Source: Cycas panzhihuaensis (lineage: Eukaryota > Plantae > Cycadophyta). From it: DNA of 64,000 bases. Below the pieces are notes generated by a model. That model was not told the origin of the DNA. It ran no database searches and saw only the letters and a program-made list of their open reading frames with translations. How positions within the stretch are numbered: the stretch's first letter is position 1; the number at the start of each line of letters is the position of its first letter. Made by a program: the position numbers and the translations under genes. This document shows positions 53,326 to 64,000 of the stretch, in pieces. The stretch covers positions 127,045,741-127,109,740 of the forward strand of contig CM041465.1 in the NCBI GenBank assembly GCA_023213395.1. Reading direction: 5' to 3'.

Positions 53326-53664
53326 TGAGGGTGCCTAATAGGTTATACCTAAAGGAGATCTGTATAATCTTGCATTACTAATAAAGGATACCCAACCAAA
53401 TTTTTGCATTATTAAATTATTAAGAATAGGTTCAATAAGATTGTTAAAAGAAATGTTGAAATAACCTAACTGAGAGACATTTTGCTAAGAGAAAAAGAGA
53501 TCATTCCTATCAATAAATTTTTTAACAAATCTAGATATTTCATCTCAATTGGGTTTCCAAGCCTTGAAGGAATAGTGCCATTGATTCCATTATAATGAAA
53601 ATCTAAGTGCCTCAAATATGTAATATTGTAAAGCTTCTTATGGATAGGGCCATCTAGTAAAAAC
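53326..53664 (-). pseudogene. Captured fragment of LRR receptor-like kinase ectodomain (last LRRs and C-cap)
   Basis: LDGPIHKKLYNITYLRHLDFHYNGINGTIPSRLGN..KYLDLLKNLLIGMI..LGYFNISFNNLIEPI..SFISNARLYRSPL (plant LRR consensus; SF.GN.GLCG.PL cap). Confidence 0.85.
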
Positions 53665-54868
53665 CTACAATTGGCCAATATTATACAATGTAGATCTATA
53701 TGATCTATATTATTCATCCTATTTTCTCTTATCAACAATTTCTTATTTTTGTTAGTAGTTTCAATTGGTTTGAAGGCCAAATTACCTCCTTGGGTTCTCC
53801 CATTTTGTGGATCTTCTTAATCGAAAGGGTCACATTGTTTACATTTGGTTCCACTACCATCAAAACCCTAAACCTATTATGTTGATCCTATGCATCTGTT
53901 GATGTTTCTCTTGCATGACCTTTCCACTTATGGAAACCCTCAAAGTGATGCCTATGGATTTATCTGTAAATCACTATTAGAGAATCACATTTAATTAATA
54001 TGTGTTTAATTACAATTACAAGACCATCAATCATCTCTATTGACAACTCTTCCATTGATGTCCATGGTAAAATGGACTAGATTTTTTGAAATTTATTAGA
54101 TCAATTGAAATTTAAGTAACTTTTGGCAGATTTGGTCATGTATCCTTTATTAAATGTCGATTTATTTAATCTTATCTTCTTCTTCTTTTTTTTTGTAAAG
54201 TATTTTAAAATTTTAATCAAATTGAAATTATGTTTCAAATCTACAGAGCCCTCTTTGAGATAGCAGGCAGTCACGTAGAGTTATCAAGTGACCAATGTTA
54301 AAGCGAAAGGGGTTAAATGCCCTCCAATTCATTTTTTTATTTATTTTAAAGTATATGTGCCTTTTTAGTTATGACTTTGTAACTAGGAGACTAATTTATG
54401 AACCCTCTAAACCATTGGAAAGATATTTCAAAGATGATCATTTTGATATATTATTTGAAGTATTTTTGAGCTTTCTTCATTAAGATATTTTTAGTTAAAG
54501 TTAACACTTTATTTGGAACCTTATGTAGTAACTAACAAAGTAATTTTTCATATTTATTGATAATCATTTGATGTAATATCTTGAGCAACATTTCACAGAT
54601 ATCATAGTTGAATATTTGGACCTAAGGGAAGTTTGTTTCAAACCTTAGTGGTAGCCTTATTAAGCTCATTAATAAAATTTAAAAGAGGTAGAAGGTGATC
54701 CCAATTGAAGGGATAAGTGTTGGTAATGCATATCTCATTTTAAAAGGATATTTATGTGTTTGTTTACACACACTCTCTAATACTTTTGATTGTAATCATG
54801 ATTGATCATAATTAATTTACATTTGTTCCTAATTTTGTAAATCTTAGATTGCTCAAACTTCATTTATA

Positions 54869-57800
54869 ATGGATAATCTACTATTAATTCCTGAGCTTAA
54901 TGGATGCAACTATTTCATATGGTCAAGAAGAATGAAGCCTACTTTACAATCTAAGCAATTATGAAAGATTGTTTTAGAAGGTCATATTACTCATGTTCTT
55001 ATTTCCCCTACTATTGATTGAATCCTAATTAAGAAACATTAAAAGAGGAATTAGAAAAGAAAGATAGTAAAGTAATTGCCTTTATATTCAATAATGTGCT
55101 TGATGAGATATTTCCTCGCATCTATAATCTCTCTACTTCTCATGCTATTTAGACTACCTTAAAAACATCATTTGAAGGAAGTATAAATACTAAGATTTAA
55201 ACATTGAGAAGAAACTTTGAGAATCTTAAAATATATACTACAGAATTAGTTAATTCTTTTATCACTAGAGTCTAAGATCTTGTAAATCAATTAGGTGCAT
55301 TAAGTGAATAAATACTTGAGAAAAGAGTTGTCAAGAAAATTTTAAGATGAAAAAGTGAAATACGGAAATTTAAAATAGTGACTACAACTATTGAAGTGAC
55401 AAGAGACTTATCAATATTGATAATTGATGAGTTATTATTAATATTATTGACAAAAGAGGAAAAAAAGAGTTCCCTTAATAATTTAGAACAAGACTTTGCT
55501 TTTAAGGCTTCCATAAGAGGAAAGTTCAAGAGATTACCAAATCAAAGAACTAATACACCATTGACATATGGTTATAGTCAAGGAAACTCTAGACAAGAAC
55601 AAGGACAATGACAAGGATAAGAAGGAGCATCTTCATCAAGCTATAGACAAGGTAACTTTGGATATAGATAAAGACAGGGAGGAACATCTTTATTAAACCA
55701 TAGACAAAGCAATTTCAAACATGGATATGGTCAAAGGAAGGAGAAGTAAGAGAATCTTTATCAAACTATAGTTAATGAAATTTTAGATATAAATATGAAT
55801 AAGGACAATATGGACAAAGAGGAATATTGAAAGGAAGAAACTATTCAAGAGAAAGGAATCCCACATCATCAAGAGAAAGAGGTAGAACACCACCAAGAGG
55901 AATTGAAAGAGGAAGAAGTTCTACTATTTTTTGTTATAAATATGGAATGGAAGGACACTATTCATATGAGTGTCAATAAGATAACATGGTTAATACTACA
56001 ACTAAAAGAGAATAGAACATTTTCTATACAAGCTTGAATGTTCAAACTTCCAATAGGAAAGATGAATGGTATATTGATTCTAGCTATTCAAGTCATATGT
56101 CCTATAATATAGATGTATTTTCTAAGATCCATGAAGAAAATAATGAAAGGAAAGTGGTATTTGGAAACGATAATACACATGAAGACCAAGGATAAGGAGT
56201 TGTCATAATTCAAACTAAAAGTAGAGCAAATAATAATATTCAAAATGTCTTATTTATAGTTGGATTGAGAAGAAACTTGTTATTTGTTGACTAAATGATG
56301 GAATAAAAGTATAGAATATTCTTTGATAATAGAGAATGAAAAATAAGTGATAAGTTAAATAATGGTGTTATTGTTGCAAGAGGCCAAATGATGAAGGATA
56401 GATTATTTAAACTTGTACTTTCTCTACCTTTATAAGTATTGAATATTTCTATCTCAAATAATAACATACTTTGACATCATAGATTTTTCCATCTTAATTA
56501 TAATACACTTAGTACCTTACAAAGGAAAAGTATGGTTACAAGACTTCTAGTCATTCAAAGTAATAATAGTGTTTGAAAAGGTTGTATTTATAAAAAATAG
56601 CACAGAGAACATTTTCCTTATTCAAATTTATAATTCAGATATCCACTCTAATTATCTCATGCTAATTTATATGGCCCAATGAGGACTCTAACTATTGGAA
56701 ATACTAGATTATTCCTAATTCTTATTGATGATTTTATAAGGAAAATTTGAGTATATTTCTGAAAAGAAAAGTCTAAAATATTTTTGAGATTTGTTGAATT
56801 CAGAATAATGATTAAAAAAAAAAGTGATTACAAATTGAAAACACTTCGTTTAAACAAATGGAGGTGAGTTTATCTCAAATGATTTCAAAGATTTCTATAA
56901 AAGAGTTGGGATAAGAAGGTAATTTACCACTCTATATACACCTCAATAAAATAGAGTAGTTAAAAGAAAAATCAGAATAATTATAAAATGGTCAGATGTA
57001 TGTTGAAGACCAAAGAACGAAGTAATGAATATTGGGTTGAAGCAATAAGTACTGTTGTATATTTATTGAATAGAAGTCCTATAAAGGCAATTGGGAACTT
57101 AACTTCTAAAAATTGTTAGAAAAGATACAATCCATATATTTTACATTTGAAAATATTTAGGTGTGTTCCTTATGCTCACGCTTTTGATTGAAAAAGATCT
57201 AACTAGAAAATAAAAGTATCAAGTAGTTTTTTATGGGTTACTCAAGTGAAAGAAAAGCCTATAGATTATTTGAACTAGTTGCAAGGAAATTTATAGTAAA
57301 TAGAGATGTATTTTTTGATGAAAATGCAATCTATAAAATTAAAGAAGATAGAGGAAAATAGGTTGTTGTTGAAGTAAATTCAGAACCATTTTCACTTTAG
57401 ACTTTACTTTTATCAACTCAAAGTTTAAGATAAGATTCAAGTTTTACTCCAGGATCATCATCATTAAGTCAAGAATATACTACTCCAAGCTCATCATCCT
57501 CAAGTTAAGAAAATACCATATGATCTACTCCATATTCATCTCCATCAAGTTAAGAACAAGCTATGGGTCTAAAATAGCTAGTTAGAAGTCATAATCTAGA
57601 AGCTAAAGGTAACTAGATCTCAAGCTAAAGTTAATTATTCATTGATGTCTCAAGTTGAAAAAAATAATGAGCCACAAATATATGAAGAAGCTATTATGAA
57701 AGATGATTGGGTTGAAGTTATGGAAATAAAATATAATTCCTTAATAAAAAATAAAACTTAAGATTTGGTTGAGTTACCTACTGATAATGAAGTAATATAA

Positions 57801-59200
57801 ACAAAATAAGTTTTCAAAACCAAGTATAAATCTAATGGTACTATTGATAAATATAAGGTAAGACTTATGGCCAAAGGTTATACTTAGTAAGAACTAATTG
57901 ATTATAAAGAAACCTTTACTCCAATTGCTAAGATGGATATAATCAGAAGTATCCTAGCTTTAACTACTTATTAAGGATGGATCATTTATCAAATGGATGT
58001 CAAGTTAGTATTTCTCAATGGATACATTGATGAAGAGATCTATGTTACACAACATGAAGGACTTGAAAATCATGGAAAAGACCACTTAGTGTGTAAGTTA
58101 AAGAAAGTTGTATATAGACTAAAATTAGCTCTAACAGCTTGGTACTTTAGAAATAATAAGTATTTTTAAGATAAAGGATTTTAAAAATATCCATCAGATT
58201 TAGATTTATATGTCAAAATTACAAATACTTTAATTCTTATATTTTCTTTTTATATGGATGATCTTATTTACACAAATAATAATGATGAAATATTCTAGAA
58301 ATTCAAGGATGATATGAATTCAGAATTTGAGATGATACACCTAGGACAATTGCATTGCTTCCTTGGTGAGGAGATTTGGCAAGGTGAAGAAGGAATCCAT
58401 ATGTCTTAGAGTAAATATTCTATGGATATATTAAAGAAATTTAACATGAGTAAATATAAGTCAAGTTTTACTCTTATTGAATTTAGATTAAACTTAGATA
58501 AAAGTGAAGATTCTGTTTCAATTAATCCTATTCTGCATTATCAATTGATAGGAAATTTGATTTACTTAGTCAATACTCAACCTAACATAGTATATGCAAT
58601 GAACTTAACTTCAAGATACATATCAAAACCAAAGGAACAACACTAGAAAGTAGTAAAGAGGATCCTTAGATACATCAAATGTACTTTAAACTACAAACAT
58701 TAGTACATTCCATCAAAAGAACTCAGATTGATTGGATATTTAGATGCAGATTGGGCTATTGATATTGAGGACAAAAAATTAATTTTAGGATATGTATTCA
58801 ATGTTGGATCGGTATCTATATCTTGGAATGTAAAGAAATAACCATTTATTTCTTTATTGATAGCAGAAGCAAAATATAAAGTAGTTGAGTTAGCAAGAAG
58901 ATAAGTAATTTGGCTTAGAAGAATTCTTGAAGACATTCATCAACCTCACCATGAACCAATAATGATCTTTTGTGATAATGAGTGTATAATTCAAATGACT
59001 AAGAATCCAGTCGTGCACAATAGAATAAATCACATGGATATCAGACAGCACTACATCATAGAACTCATTTATAATTAAGAAGTTTAGCTTCAATATAGTA
59101 AAATAGAAGGCCGAGTTACAAATATTCTTACCAAGGCATTATCAAAGAACAAGCATATCCAACTTAGACAAAATTTTGGTATACATCTAAATGTGCATTA
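54869..59200 (+). pseudogene. gag-pol: Copia-B gag-pol pseudogene
   Basis: MDNLLLIPELNGCNYFIWSRRMK gag start; WYIDSS protease ~56066; integrase ~56650-57320; RT QMDVK..FLNG ~57990, YMDDL ~58252; RH IFCDNE ~58965. Confidence 0.93.
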
Positions 59201-59208
59201 TCGGGGAG

Positions 59209-59583
59209 TATTAGAAGGTAATACATATTGAATGTAATTGGTTAAGTTGTATGTTATCTATAATGGTCAAACATAAAGGCTAAATATGATTGGATAACAT
59301 AAAGGCTAAATATGATTAGGTCAATATAAATGACAAATATGATTGATTATAAATGAGGCACATATACCCATAAGATAACTATAAGTATACATGTAGTATA
59401 AGAGATTGTGGAATAAGATATCATGTATATAGAATATGAGATTATATAGTGTGAGTTTTTGGTATTAATTTTTGAGATATAATCATGATCTTTGATATGT
59501 TGAGCTTTATTATGGCACTACTCTGATGTTGTTATCTTGATCATGGTTATGTTATTTTGTGCACTTGATTTCATTTTCTAATA
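59209..59583 (+). repeat. 3' LTR of Copia-B
   Basis: tattagaaggtaatac...ttttctaata, then AACCT. Confidence 0.93.
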
Positions 59584-61862
59584 AACCTCTTATGAAGTAT
59601 GGACTATTCTTTGTGCTCTCTGTGAGAGGAAAGATGAATCTAGGTCCTTGATACTTAAAGCACACCTATTTTTCATTCCTTTTATAGGCACTATTACAAA
59701 CCATTTAATTAAAGTGAGGACCATTAGGAACTAATTGATAATCCTAGGTGAACCTCCTTTAGATCATGATCTTATGTCTAACATCCTAAATATTCTACCC
59801 ATAGAATACAATAACTTTGTCTCAAAACTTCATGATAATTACTCAAAAATAGACTTTATCATCTTCTAGAGGCTCTTGCTAAGAGAAGAGGATATTCTCA
59901 ATCAACTTAGGATTACATCTACTTCTAACTCGATCCCTATATTTACAACCCAAATTTTAGAAAAGGGAAAGACTATTTAATTACTAGCTTAGTGGCTTGG
60001 TGAACACCAAAGCCTTTCTTAATAATTAGACTCCTTACACATCTCTCAAGAGCCAAAACAACTATAAACTTAGTAGAAACAACATCAAGTTGGTACTTCC
60101 TCTACTCAAAGTCAACATCCTTAGTAGCCTTAATAACCACCACATCCATAAACATAAAATAATTAGTAGAGTAGACTCAATGCCATATGTTTGTATTGTG
60201 GAAAAACTAGCCACCTCACTATTGAATATAGGAGATAAGAGGTTGATTTAGAAATCTTATAAAATCAAGGGATCTAATCTTATGGGCCTAGCTTATAATA
60301 AGCTTTCATATATTATTAAATTGTAACCTCATTTTATCAACAAGGAGCACCCAACTATCAATAAGGTAGACCAAGATACCATTAACAAAGACAACGTTAT
60401 TAATAAGGAGGAACATGACCTTTATAAGAAGCCCCTTATCCACCACAAGGAGGCTCCATTCTACAATAAGGAGCCCCTTTATTTTCAATAAGGTTGCCCT
60501 TTTTCATAATAAGTAGACCCTTTCTATCCTCAATGAGGGTTATCATTTCAACAACTTGGCTAATTCTATCAATAAAATTAGAATCCAAGACCTACTCAGA
60601 GCTAAACATCACATAACAGGCAGTGGTTCCCTAATAAGAATTAAAAGAATTAGAATAACATTTAAGAACAAAGAATCAATGTTATAGAAAATAAGTATTC
60701 CTCATCCCAAAACCTATTCTTTATACTATTATCTTCTCAACTTAATGATAACTCATAGTTCCTTGACTCAGGTACAATGCATCACATGATTGATTTTGAA
60801 AAGATGATGGAAGAGACCTATTTAGTAAGAACACAAATAATTATATTTAGTGATAATTTAATATATGATGCGACAAAAATTAGTAGGGTTCTAATAGCCT
60901 TGAAGTACTCTTAAATCGTGTACTATATCAATAATATATTCCTTATTCTAGGTATGAAAATTAACTTACTCTCCATCAGTTAAATGGACAAGTAGAACCT
61001 AGATATCCTCTTTAGTCAAGGTATTTATACCATTATAAAAAATGTAACTAGAAAACTTATGGCCACCAGACATGAAGATAGTGGTTTATATAGGTTGGAT
61101 TGTGTCCCTCTTACTATTACTCAAACAAATGAATCCTACTCAATGGCTTATATTACTTAACTTGATAAGGGAAAAGATATAATAGTTAAAGAATCTCCTT
61201 ATATTCAGGAACTAGGAGAATACTCTTATTTAGAGGAAAATGTCACTTCAAGCTTCTCCAAAGACTAATTATAGAATTAATACCTAGGTTACTTAAATAT
61301 GCAAAGATTGAACCTAATATCTAGGTTACAAATGGTATATGGTTTACCTAAAATCAAGAGATACAATAGCATCTCTGAACCATGCCTAAAGGGAAAGAAA
61401 CAAAGAGAAAATTTTCCTTCTAAGAATATATGGAGAGCCTTAGCACCATTAGAGCTGGTTCATTCAGACATCCATAAGCCCATGTCAGTCTAATTACTAA
61501 ATGGGAGCCTATATTTCATGACATTAAGGAAAGTGTATGTTTAATTCCTAAGAAACAAGTACCAAGCCCTAGATAAATTTCAAGAGTTCAAAGTTATAGT
61601 TGAAAATAAGAGTGGTATGACAATCAAGACTCTTAGATATGACACTAGTGGTAATTATATCTTTAATTAATTTAATAATTTTTGCAATGGATATGGAATC
61701 TGATGCTAATTTTTGACACCTTATACACCACAACAAAATGGTGTAGTAAAAAGGATGAACTAGACATAGTAAATAAAAGAAAATCCATGATTAGTACTAC
61801 CAATCTTTCCACTAGATTTTAGGCTAATGTAATAGCAATTGTTACATGCCTAACTAACATAA

Positions 61863-64000
61863 TGAAATGGGTTAATGTCATAAGGTCATTACATTAATTA
61901 ATTATTCGTAAAAAATGTGTTAAGTGAACTTTAAATTAGATCGCTTAAGTGAAATATACTTTCATGTACATTATGCATAATTTTATTTCACCTAAATCTA
62001 ATGATCCCTCTCTCAATATAAACGCAAAAGCTCAATTGAGGAGGCTCATTCTTACCTCCCTATTTTGTGAGACCTACTCTTTTTCTCTCAAGTTTTTTAT
62101 TCTCCTATGTTTTCTTTTGTGTATAGTGCATGGAGATGAAGGATGAATCTACTCTTTTCATGTGGTATCAGAGCTTGCTTCCTTTATATTCCTTACTTGT
62201 ACTTGTAATCCATGTGGGGAAGGAGATTATGAAAGTAGATTTAGAAATATTTTTAAGTTTTTATTGTAGCATAATTAATATTATTTATTTTCCCTTTATC
62301 TTTTATAGGTTTAGAAGCATAATACAAGGAGTTATAAGGCCTAAAGATTCTAATCCTTTAGTAGTCATTTATGCATATCTCATTCTTTTTTTCTTTTCGC
62401 TCTTTTTATCTATTTAATAAGGGAAAATACTACCAAAATTTTCTAACATTTAAAGAAATGTTTGTAAGGGGAGGTTCTACCCACTTCTTTAAAGAATTTA
62501 GAGTCATTTAAAATATCTATTATTATATGCTCTTACCTTGCCCACATCAGGATCCTAGTGATCAAAAAATGATGAAAATTTTATAAGGTATCATGTGTTA
62601 ATGAGATATTTACAAGCTGAATTTTCTATAGAAATAAAATCCACTTACTAAACTTCATAGGTCTGCCAAAAATTATATAGAGCTCCAATTTACCTAATTC
62701 TAATTTCTAAATATGCAGCTTTGAGTCTAGTTCCTAGTGCAAAAAATGACACCTAATTTCATTGTTGTATGAGAAAGTTATTATTATTTTAGTGAATAAT
62801 AGTTATTTTTAATAAGAATTTTAGAAAAATATATTTTGTCTATTTTGTGGGACTACCAAAAATTTTGTAGAACTCATTTTGATCTAATTCTACTTCCCAA
62901 AGATGCGGCTCTGAGTCTAGTCTATAGAACAAAAACTAGCACTCAGTTTTGTTATTACAAGAGAATGTTATTATTGTTTTAGTAAAGACTGCTTTTTTAT
63001 AAAAAAAATAAAAAACAAGTGAGGAAAATTTATTCCTTTTTATAAGGCTTAAAATCTCATTGTAAAAGTGAGTAAAAAAACACCTAAATTAGAGCAATAT
63101 CTAATGTTCTCATTCACTTATTAGAATTTCATTTTAGCACTCAAAATCACTTCAAGCAAGCACTCCAAAGGCACTCCAAGTAAGCACTCCAAAAGCATTA
63201 TATTTTTAGTTATATATATGTTTGATGTAAATTTGATAATCTTTTTACTCTCCCTAAAAGGAATGCATCATGCACATTATTTTCTTCTATCTTGTACCTA
63301 TTCACATACTTGATAAGGTTGAGATACCTTGGTTGGAAAAATGTCATACCATAAAAAAGGTGTGGGTTTCAAGTTGGGACTTAACTAAACTAGAATACTA
63401 CTGAGGTTTGGTTATCCATATCATCATGCCTCAATCAGATCATCCTAATAACCAATTGAGAAAATTAAAACTTTAATACAAAATTAAAATATACTTAGTC
63501 TAATATTTATCATAGCCATGGGTATACATATACCACTCTTTAGAAGAGGTACATAGTTGCTTGTTAGTGAACTAGGTAAGGATTGGGAGTACCTTAGCTT
63601 TATTATAACTCAGATTTCATCACTAAGTATAATTGTAAGTATTGTGGATGAAGGCCAACTTAATTCTAATAAAACCTTAGGCATCCCTTCAACAATCTTA
63701 ATTATATATTAGACATAAGTTAAAGTTTATTTGGTTGATTACACATCCTACATTTGAGTTTAAAGTTATGTACATCTAATGATGTCAACTTCTATATTGT
63801 CTTACAATCTTATATATTAATCACATACTTATTTGTAAAATGTGATCCATAATGTAATCATAATCATAATGTTTCTCATATTTTTACTACATTAAGTTAA
63901 TATTTTCCACAAGTGTTAGTGGTCAATTTTCATCATAATGCTTCTCATATTCCTACAGCATCAGGTTAATATTTGCCACAAGTGTTGGTGGCCAATTTTC
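61863..64000 (+). mobile_element. 5' end of another LTR retrotransposon (LTR 61863-62160, PBS 62163-62174, long non-coding leader running off the window)
   Basis: tgaaatggg...cttttca followed by TGGTATCAGAGC; Copia-C integrase homology stops at this point. Confidence 0.75.
63865..64000. repeat. ~70-bp tandem repeat, about 2 copies visible
   Basis: cataatg(t/c)ttctcatatt..gttaatattt(t/g)ccacaagtgtt(a/g)gtgg(t/c)caattttc repeated. Confidence 0.8.

Larger units (their letters stand above)
51793..59583 (+). mobile_element. Full-length decayed Copia (Copia-B) with 2.7-kb leader carrying host gene fragments
   Basis: LTRs 51793-52169 and 59209-59583; TSD AATCT/AACCT; PBS 52170-52181; PPT cggggag ~59202-59208; removing it restores the host gag KTTQTSYEVW. 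Confidence 0.95.
49184..61862 (+). mobile_element. Decayed Copia (Copia-C), interrupted by Copia-B in gag and by another LTR element in integrase
   Basis: LTR-like 49184-49581 (tgttaa...taaca; left end inferred); PBS tggtattagagc 49582-49593; gag ~51520-51792 plus 59589-60240 with Zn knuckle CLYCGKTSH; protease FLDSG ~60760; integrase APLELVHSDI and TPYTPQQNGV to ~61860. Confidence 0.85.

Noticed and set aside
53760-53950. Possible fourth captured fragment (PsbP-domain-like KMGEPKEVIWPSNQLK)
   Set aside because: Similarity too short and inconsistent to assign by eye; needs BLASTX.
52182-54868. Helitron or Pack-MULE origin of the gene-fragment cassette
   Set aside because: No TIRs, 9-bp TSD or hairpin-CTAG|T end seen. 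Not supported, though not fully excluded given the decay.

Overview
Gene-free, AT-rich plant nuclear heterochromatin made almost entirely of nested LTR retrotransposons. The Tat-type pol and very heavy C->T/G->A decay suggest a large methylated genome, possibly gymnosperm; this is inference. Left to right: a decayed Ty1/Copia (1190-5610); a complete chromovirus Gypsy (5977-12544, TSD AAGAA); a Copia gag fragment split by a (TA)n expansion; an old CRM-like Gypsy (minus) interrupted in its RT by a GC/CpG-rich 13-kb Tat/Ogre-like Gypsy (15509-28489, 2.5-kb LTRs, TSD TCTTC); an intronless LAMMER/AFC kinase retro-pseudogene (32522-33043); unclassified duplicated segments (34-42.7 kb); a 3-kb solo LTR related to the Tat element (44388-47367, TSD CCACC); and a Copia nest (49184-64000) holding a complete Copia (51793-59583, TSD AA[T/C]CT). 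No intact host gene is present. Three observations stand out. (1) An antisense, splice-site-bounded cassette in the Copia 5' leader fuses LRR-RLK, HD2/HDT and SKS gene fragments in one reading frame. (2) The Tat LTRs keep an exon-intron architecture and amino-acid similarity across two divergent families. (3) The Tat-like pol has a degenerate RNase H and no detectable additional aRH domain. All alignments and translations were done by eye, so boundaries without TSD support are approximate.
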